Assembly: GCA_020184695.1 (NCBI GenBank)
Contig: JAANOX010000279.1
Span: 62,001 to 126,000, forward strand
DNA: 64,000 bases
Origin: Histomonas meleagridis 2922-C6/04-290x
Lineage: Eukaryota > Protista > Parabasalia
Reading direction: 5' to 3'
Every line of letters starts with the position of its first letter. Position 1 is the first letter of the stretch. The notes beneath the pieces are model-generated. The model saw only the letters and a program-made list of their open reading frames with translations. It was not told where the DNA came from and did not search any database. Below are positions 44,609-53,500 of this stretch, piece after piece. Made by a program: the position numbers and the translations under genes.

Positions 44609-46200
44609 GCAGTTAGAAATAATAATATAGAAATAGTAAAATTACTTTTAGATAAAGAAGGAATTGATGTTAATGCAAAAACTATTCATTTTAATAATTT
44701 AGATTATATTTTAATAATTTGAAATATGTTTTAATAATTTGAAATATGTTTTAATAATTTTATATATGTTTTAATAATTTGAAATATGTTTTAATAATTT
44801 GAAACAGCACTTCATATAGCAGTTAGAAATAATAATATAGAAATAGTAAAATTACTTTTAGATAAAGAAATTGATGTTAATGCAAAATATATTCATTTTA
44901 ATAATTTTATATATGTTTTAATAATTTATAATATGTTTTAATAATTTTATATATGTTTTAATAATTTGAAACATGTTTTAATAATTTGAAACAGCACTTC
45001 ATATAGCAGTTAGAAATAATAATATAGAAATAGTAAAATTACTTTTAGATAAAGGAATTGATATTAATGCAAAAACTATTCATTTGAATAATTTGAAATA
45101 TGTTTTAATAATTTGAAACAGCACTTCATATAGCAGTTAAAAATAATAATATAGAAATAGTGAAATTACTTTTAGATAAAGAAGGAATTGATGTTAATGA
45201 AAAAACTATTCATTTGAATAATTTATAATATGTTTTAATAATTTGGAATATGTTTTAATAATTTGAAACAGCACTTCATATAGCAGTTAGAAATAATAAT
45301 ATAGAAATAGTAAAATTACTTTTAGATAAAGAAGGAATTGATATTAATGCAAAAAATATTCATTTGAATAATTTTATATATATTTGAATAATTTTATATA
45401 TGTTTTAATAATTTGAAATATGTTTTAATAATTTGAAACATCACTTCATATAGCAGTTAGAAATAATAATATAGAAATAGTAAAATTACTTTTAGATAAA
45501 GGAATTGATGTTAATACAAAAAATATTCATTTGAATAATTTAAAATATTTTTTAATAATTTCAAACAGCACTTCATATAGCAGTTAGAAATAACAATATA
45601 GAAATAGTAAAATTACTTTTAGATAAAGAAGGAATTGATGTTAATGCAAAATATATTCATTTTAATAATTTTATATATGTTTTAATAATTTGAAATATGT
45701 TTTAATAATTTGGAATATGTTTTAATAATTTGGAATATGTTTTAATAATTTATAATATGTTTTAATAATTTGAAATATGTTTTAATAATTTGAAACAGCA
45801 CTTCATATAGCAGTTAGAAACAAGAATATAGAAATAGTAAAATTACTTTTAGATAAAGAAGGAATTGATATTAATGCAAAAAATATTCATTTGAATAATT
45901 TATAATATGTTTTAATAATTTATAATATATTTTAATAATTTAATATTCATTTTAATAATTTGAAACATCACTTCATATAGCAGTTAGAAATAATAATATA
46001 GAAATAGTAAAATTACTTTTAGATAAAGGAATTGATGTTAATGCAAAAAATATTAATTTGAATAATTTAGAATATGTTTTAATAATTTGAAATATGTTTT
46101 AATAATTTGAAATATACATTAATAATATTTGACTGCAATACAAATTTCACAGCAAAAAGGTTATACAGAAATAGTAAATTTACTTCTTAAAAAATTATAA
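44609..46200 (+). repeat. Ankyrin array 3: a partial first block, 8 full blocks and a capping block ending in TAA, separated by nine spacers of 17+20n nt; no 5' end or start codon
   Basis: The blocks read ETALHIAVRNNNIEIVKLLLDK(E)GIDVNAK[T/N/Y]. Spacers are at 44684-44800, 44891-44987, 45078-45114, 45208-45264, 45358-45434, 45525-45561, 45655-45791, 45885-45961 and 46052-46128. The last block is LTAIQISQQKGYTEIVNLLLKKL*. Confidence 0.85.
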
Positions 46201-47459
46201 TTCAGCATCTTCTTCTACATACATCAAATCTTCATTTTCAATAAAAAATGGAAATGAAGCATGTTTTGATAATAAAATTTACCAAAATAAAGATGAATTT
46301 TTTGATAATAATTTCATAGATTTTTTGATTAACAACTACCTCTGTGATATTATATTCCATAAGAAATTATATTGATGAATCGCAGAAATAATAAAATCAA
46401 GGTTAACGCGATAATAATTTTGAGATAGATTTTTTTAATTTTTTTTGTGGAATCAAACTAACATAAGAATTTTTTGCATGGTGTTTCATTCATGTAGAAA
46501 AAAAAAAAATAAAAGAAATTAAATATTGCAATAATTTATATTTTTATATGAGTCCGAAATGAATGCATTACATTTACAATTATGTTGTTGTTACTTAGTT
46601 GATGTTCCAATATAAAATAAATATCAAATTAATTTCAAGATATTTGAAATATTTTCTCAAATCTTATTAAATTTTACATTTAATATTATTGTAAGTGAAA
46701 AGAATCATGTTTCCTTATTCAGTTCTAATTTTTGTGCAAATCCTAGAGATTTTCACAGCATAAATCAAACGATACGGCTCATACATTTACTTTTACAGTT
46801 GAGTATAATCGTACCTCACAATTTTTTTATCCGTAAACTAGTCAATTGCTTTATTTTTTTGGGAAAAATGGGTGTTAAAGTTCATTAAGGATGGGACAAA
46901 AAACATTTTCATCCGTGCATTAATTTTATAAAGCATGAACATCATTGGTCGATTCTGGACAAGTGCATACTTTAATGTCGCACAAGCTAAATTCGAATTT
47001 AGTGAATATTTATTAAAAATCACAATATACGCATATGAACAACTGGTTGAGCAACCAAATGAGATAGATATATTGGGATTAAACTTTTTAAAGTTATAGT
47101 TTAAGTTGTTAGCTGCGAAGTAACGGATTTGCTGTTTAAACAAAACCAATCGAAGCAAGGAAAAGCCATTTGTTTTTGCATTTCCAGAAGGAATAAAATT
47201 TTTCATTAAAAATCAGGTAATTTCATTTATAATATATTTGTTAAATTTTTTAAAATGATTAAACAAGTTTGTTTAAAACAACAATTCATTACATACATCG
47301 CATCATAAATAGGTTTCATGCGAACAAACCTTAAATATTTAATTATGCAAAATGCACACAAGTGCTAGTATTCAATCTTTAATGAAACTTATTTTATTAC
47401 ATAAAATCAGGATCATTATAAAGCAACAAATGAATTAAAAAATAAAAAATTAATTTGAT

Positions 47460-47900
47460 TTACTTCGTGAGTTTATGGAGGAACTCTGCATCATGACCTG
47501 TTTTAAGTGGTTCTTTGGATTCTTTGGTTTGTACGCAAATTATAACTAAAGGTTGAGTTCCTGTGTTCTTATAGCAACGACTAGCTCCAGTTCCAACACG
47601 AACAACAGATCCTTCTTCAATTGGGAAGACATTATTATCAACTTGATATTCACCTTTTCCTTTGATTACAATATATACTTCTTCATTTTCTTTATGTGAA
47701 TGGAAGAATGCAAGTTGCACACCTGCAGGAATGGATGTGTAAGAAATTTCAGATCCAGTTGCATGAAGAGATTGTTGTAAGAAAACTTTTCCTGGGATTG
47801 GTTGACCAAAACCTGTGAAAACATATTTTTCAATTTCTGGTGCAGGACCAACATTGATAGCAGTATAATTATTTCCTTCTGAGATTGTTTTGATAGACAT
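47460..47900 (-). CDS. Cupin-domain protein, bacterial-like (start MSIKTISEG at 47900)
   Basis: Cupin motifs FFHSHKENEEVYIVIKGKGEYQVD and EGSVVRVG...R...NTG; intronless, 146 aa. Confidence 0.85.
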   Translation of the reverse strand: MSIKTISEGNNYTAINVGPAPEIEKYVFTGFGQPIPGKVFLQQSLHATGSEISYTSIPAGVQLAFFHSHKENEEVYIVIKGKGEYQVDNNVFPIEEGSVVRVGTGASRCYKNTGTQPLVIICVQTKESKEPLKTGHDAEFLHKLTK

Positions 47901-48194
47901 TAAATGCAAAATGAAGTCAAAGCAGATGAACAATTGTTCATTATTTGATATCAAAAAGAATATGCTTTTCGAGTTTCCCAATACAGCTTGAAAAACACAG
48001 GAAAGCAACAAATTATGATTTTCTTTGATTAAAAATTTTAATATCTATTTCTTACTTCGGAGATGCAAAATAAATCTTATATACCACACTTATAAACAAT
48101 AAAACTTTTCACTTAAAAATTTATGGCTATTAAAATATATTATAAGTTTTAATAAGGTTTTTTTCTTGTTGCAACAAGCAAATATAATCGCCAA

Positions 48195-48223
48195 AACCGT
48201 TAATTCCCTTTCGTTTTGTCACT
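48195..48223 (+). promoter_or_regulatory. Trichomonad-type core promoter upstream of EXO70: M3/Myb-like AACCGTTA, M5-like CCTTT and Inr-like TCACT
   Basis: AACCGTTA at 48195-48202, CCTTT at 48207-48211 and TCACT at 48219-48223, with the ATG at 48236. The motifs are those described for Trichomonas vaginalis core promoters. Confidence 0.55.
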
Positions 48224-48235
48224 TTTTCAATCGAA

Positions 48236-50062
48236 ATGAGTGCAAATCAAGAACTTTCCAATTTAGCAGATCCAACAGTACAACATCAGTATCTAAAAAA
48301 CCTTCGCGATGTTGCACTCACTAAATTGCCAGCACTTGATAGTTCAATCAATCGTTTTATTTCCAGATTTGATCAACAAAAAGATGCTCTTTCACAACTT
48401 TATGATAAAACGCAAAACGAGCAAAGAATCCTTACGAATATTGTTGCTACACATGAAGCCCTACAGAAAATTGTAGATCTTCTAAATAAAGATACAACTT
48501 TTGCACCAGTTATCAATTCCCAAGTTGAAACAAACTTTGAAAATTACTTAAAAACAATGGGCGAAATCAAGGTCGCATTATCTCTTTTAGAGAAACTCAA
48601 ATTTAAAGAATCTTCTAATTCAAGATTCAAAATTCAAGCACTTTATGCAACTGGTGAGTCTTCTCTTCTTAGCTACTTTGAATCCATTGTTAGTAAGAAG
48701 ACAGATCCATTTCCAATTTCATATTTTGATTTTGTTGATGATAAATTTACAATACTCAACGAAGAGCTTCGTGAAAACATTACATATCCCATTACAGACG
48801 AAGAGTTCAGCCAACTCAGTGCAATGTCTAAACTATTCGCCGAAACCAAAAACAAAATTCATTATCGAAGTTATACAAACACGCGTAATGCCTTCATAGA
48901 TGCAACTCTTAGTCGTCTCCAAGCCAAATCCAGTAAGCGTTACATCGATACAGGAGAACCAGATGTTATTCAAATTCCATCATATGATCATCATTCACAT
49001 CCCATTCATCTTTATATCTTCACACTTCATTATCTTATCAAAAGAGAAATATCCATTGCCAAACGGATCTTTGGGAGTGAATATATGATTCCTTTACGTT
49101 GTATCATTGGTCCTACATATGAATCACTTTTCAAAGTCACTGAACAAGTTCATTTTAATGAACTCAACTCTCATACGGATATCCTCTTCGACTTAGACTT
49201 GTTCTCCACGCTAAAAAAGGTCGAGTCTGACCCTTTGGACGTACCTGAAACCGATGAAAATTCACCGTTTCTGAAAAAGTTCATTGATGCGCTTGAACCG
49301 ATTCGGGGCACCATAAAAACGACCTTTGATAAATTCATTCATGGGGTAGAGAAACATGACACCAACATGATCCCTAATGGTGGTGACATTAGCCCATTGA
49401 CATCTAACGTCCTCCTCTTCCTCGGTGACCTCTGTATATACTCAGAAGCATTGAAAGGAACTCCGGGGTACTCCTTAGAAACGGTCGCCACGAAATCCGT
49501 TAAGGCGCTACTTGATAACTTAAGCTCAAAAGCAAAGCATTATCAAGATCCAATTGTTACCCAATTGTTCTTTCTTAATAACGGACATTATTCTTATAGC
49601 GCAATTCAAAAATATGGACTTGACTCATATATTTCACAAGATATCTTAACAAGAATTGAAGACCTCATCCAAAAGTCCCAAGAAACTTATATAAAACTAA
49701 CATGGGATACAGCATTCGCAAAATTAGCGCCAAAGGAACAATTTGGAGAGATTAAGAGATTACCAAATGGACATGTCAAACTTAATAAGAAGCAAAGAAT
49801 GACAATCAAACGCCAATTCAGAGACTTCTTAAAGCTGTTTGAAGAGTTTCAGAATAAACATGAGAAATATTGTATCAAGTATAAGAAATATATGGCACCC
49901 ATACTGAATGAGGTTGTAAGGAAAATAAACACAATATATGAGCCATTTTACACCAAATGGAAGGATAGTAACTTCTCCCGTACACCTGAAAAGTGGATAA
50001 CTTATCCGCCAGCTACAACGATTCAACTTGTGAACCAACTGTACTCAGGCCAAGCGAAGTAA
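48236..50062 (+). CDS. EXO70: Exocyst complex subunit Exo70
   Basis: 608 aa, helical. The C-terminal Exo70 signatures are LFFLNNGHY, YIKLTW, RMTIKRQFRDF...FEEFQNKH and YEPFYTKW. Confidence 0.85.
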   Translation: MSANQELSNLADPTVQHQYLKNLRDVALTKLPALDSSINRFISRFDQQKDALSQLYDKTQNEQRILTNIVATHEALQKIVDLLNKDTTFAPVINSQVETNFENYLKTMGEIKVALSLLEKLKFKESSNSRFKIQALYATGESSLLSYFESIVSKKTDPFPISYFDFVDDKFTILNEELRENITYPITDEEFSQLSAMSKLFAETKNKIHYRSYTNTRNAFIDATLSRLQAKSSKRYIDTGEPDVIQIPSYDHHSHPIHLYIFTLHYLIKREISIAKRIFGSEYMIPLRCIIGPTYESLFKVTEQVHFNELNSHTDILFDLDLFSTLKKVESDPLDVPETDENSPFLKKFIDALEPIRGTIKTTFDKFIHGVEKHDTNMIPNGGDISPLTSNVLLFLGDLCIYSEALKGTPGYSLETVATKSVKALLDNLSSKAKHYQDPIVTQLFFLNNGHYSYSAIQKYGLDSYISQDILTRIEDLIQKSQETYIKLTWDTAFAKLAPKEQFGEIKRLPNGHVKLNKKQRMTIKRQFRDFLKLFEEFQNKHEKYCIKYKKYMAPILNEVVRKINTIYEPFYTKWKDSNFSRTPEKWITYPPATTIQLVNQLYSGQAK

Positions 50063-50571
50063 ATAATACTGTTTTTGTATTGTTTTGGTTGTTGTTTGAT
50101 TTGGTTTTGGTTATTCAGTGAGAAAAATATTTTTTTGGATAAAATGTTATTACAAAAATTCAATAGTGAAATTACGATAAGGATTTTAATATTTGGAAAT
50201 GGTATCAAACATGTTGGAAACAAGAATTAGGGATTGTTATTAGCATGAAATGATTTTGAGAAAACAATATTAATGATTGGCATAAATATATTTTTCATAT
50301 TTAAATGAAAGTTAATAAAGAAGGATGTTAATGATTATTATTTTCATACATTATCAATTATAGGTTCATTAGCTGTTAGGTTGTGAAACTACGTTTTATT
50401 TTACAAAATATAATTTTAGTAATTTGTATAATGATTCTGAAAAAGAAATGCAAATCAAGTCAAATAACTTGATTAATGCTAAAATGTCAAAACACAATAT
50501 TTTAATATTTAACAATTTTTTTTATAATGATTTCTTATACAACGATTTCAAGTGATTCATTTTATTGATGT

Positions 50572-53500
50572 TTAAGCTATTTGACAGTGCTCATTTTGAT
50601 GGAATTGGCATTTTGGATTTTGGCAATTAAATGATGACGGCATGTTCTCGTCGACCATATTCCAAGTCCCGCACGAACACTTCTTAAATCCCCAAGAATG
50701 CCTTAGCACACTTTTATCACTGAACCACGCATTTTGTATTCCGTTTAACACCTTTTCCGCGTTTATTACGTATCTCACGTTTTCTTCATTTGCCTGACAA
50801 TGTTTACAAAGGATATGCTGGTGCTGAATACTTTCGTCGCTACAATTTGAAGTGCATTGATGACCGCACGGATAAACAAATAAACATTGCTCAGTACATT
50901 TTGGGTGACCAGAGATTTTACATTCGTAACATACTCCGCAACATCTATGTCCACAATTCAGTAATTCATCACATTTCGCTCTACATTTTGCAGTTCCATT
51001 TTTGATGGTGTAACAATAAACATTCCATTTATGTCCACATGAAGGGAATTTATATGTAACAATATTTCGGCATTCTTGATGATGTCCTCTTTCAGTGCAT
51101 TTATAACATATTTCTTTACATGGCGCACCACAAAGTTTACACGGATGATTACATACAGCATTGCAAAATATATTTCCTTTTGCGATATCACAACATTTAA
51201 ATTTGCACGTGTGACCACAATTTGGAAATGTGTACGGAATAACATTTTGACATTCTTGATGATGTCCTCTTTCAGTGCATTTATAACATTTATCTTTACA
51301 TGGCGCACCACAAAGTTTACACGGATGATTACATACAGCATTGCAAAATATATTTCCTTTTGCGATATCACAACATTTAAACTTGCACGTGTGACCACAA
51401 TTTGGAAATGTGTACGGAATAACATTTTGACATTCTTGATGATGTCCTCTTATAGTGCATTTATGACATTTATCTTTACATGGTGCACCACAAAGTTTAC
51501 ACGGATGATTACATACGGCATAGCAGACTATATTTCCTTTTGTAATATCACAACACTTAAATTCGCACGTGTGACCACAATTTGGAAATGTATATTGAAC
51601 AATATTTCTACATTCTTTATGATGTCCTCTTTCAGTACATTGATAACATTTATCTTTGCATAAGTATCCACAATTATCACATGGATGATTACAAACTTCA
51701 TTACATTTAAATGAATAATGATTATCATTATAGTGGCAATGACAATGACATTGATGTCCACATGGAAGTTTATAGTTACACTTATTATTACATGGACTAT
51801 ATAAATTCGTAAGACTTTTAATATCATCAGTATCAATGATTGGATATAAAAATTCAGCGTTTTCCAAATGAGAACAATTCTTTGTCCAAATACCTTTCGC
51901 TACAATATGATGTTGTTTCTCGAGATATTCAATGATTTGAGGCCAAATTCCTGACTCATTACTTTTTAAAAGTTTACCATTTCCGACAATACATAAAACA
52001 TTTCGAGCACGTGAAAGTGTTACAAGAATTCGATTCATAGTCTTAACAAAACCTATAGAATCAGAACGTGTAATTGATATAATTGTAACTTTATTTTCTT
52101 CTCCTTGGAAATTATCAATACATTGAATAGTTACATCTTTAAATGTATCACCACAGAATGGATCAAATCCTTTTATCTTTTTAATATTTTGATATAACGT
52201 TTGAAGTGTCTTTTTGATTAATAACATTTGTCCTTTATATAATGATATAACTGTTATATCTTTAGCTTTGAATCCTCTACATCTATAAAACAATACTAAT
52301 CGTGCACAATATAATGCTTCTAATGTATTAGTTTTGGAACGTGATGTTATAGCTGATGATTCTTGATTATTATGTAATATACAAGAAATATGTGAAAATG
52401 TTCCATTAGCTAAATAATGTTCTTCTGTATTTATTGCGTTTTTAATATCTTTACAAAAGAATTTTTTAACAAGATTCGATATTTCAGGATGCATTCTTCT
52501 TTGTATTGTTAATGTAAATAAATCTTTTCCATTTAATTTCTGTTCTGCTTTAACAAGACGTTCAAATGTTGATATATCATATGAAGCATTTGGATTTATT
52601 TGATTAGTTAATTCATATTCAACTTTTGGTCGTAATTGATTAAAATCACCAATCATTGCTAAATGTTGAATCGTTTTTGGTATTAATCCAATAGTGGCTG
52701 CTTCATTAAGTTCACCAACTTCTTCAATGATCATATATTGACAACCAGATTTTTCGATTGCTCTTTTATATAGTAATGCAAATGTAGTTGTCATTCCAAT
52801 GAATTTAAACTGTCGATAATAATTTCCATAAGCCAAACATTCTAATTTTCGCATCTTTTTTTGTTGTTTATCAATATCTTGCATTATTTCTTTACGTTTT
52901 GTCATAAGATATGTTATAAGTTGTTGAACGAATTTATATATATTTTTTAATGGAGTAAGTTTAGTTTCGTTTATATATTTCCTAAATATTTCATTAGTTT
53001 CATCCATAAAAATAGATAAGTTTAAATCCTTAATGTCTTTGATATTATTTGTAAGATGTAAATCTTTAATATCTGTTTCAGTATTAATAATATATTCTAA
53101 ATCATCTCGTTCTTGTCTTTCATTTTCTTCTTCCTCTTCTTCTTCCTCTTCTTCTTTATTAGATGTTTTAATTGATTTCTTTTTAAGTGTTTTATTAATT
53201 ATTTGTTTTTTGGTTATTTTTGATACTGTTGGAACCGCATTTGGAAATATATAACTAACATCATCAAAATATACATTATCATCATCATAACCATAAAATT
53301 CATTATTTTCTCCATAATAACTATTGTCATAATAATTTACAAAATCATTTTGATAAACATAATTATAATCATAAGGTTTAATGTTTGTATTTTGTACAAA
53401 AAAATTATCATATTGTGATCCAAAGAACCAAAGTTTCCATAATTCTTCTTCTTTAATTTTATTTATTTGGTTCTCATCAATTTGAAATTTTGTATTTGCT

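Noticed and set aside
44684-46128. Phase variation by 20-mer copy number restoring the frame
   Set aside because: The 20-mer has stops in two of three frames, and both frame-preserving spacers of array 3 (57 and 117 nt) contain stops.
12708-46128. Spacers as sequencing or assembly artefacts
   Set aside because: Single-base homopolymer errors may exist in this window (near 5012, 29165 and 29665), but they cannot create 37-137-nt inserts with unit-specific sequence at one fixed codon position in 24 places.
44609-46200. CRISPR-like repeat-spacer appearance of the ankyrin arrays
   Set aside because: The repeats are 90-93-nt protein-coding blocks, the spacers resemble each other instead of being unique, no cas genes are present and the host is eukaryotic.
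46838-47206. 122-aa ORF on the minus strand
   Set aside because: No domain or family resemblance; it could be a chance ORF.
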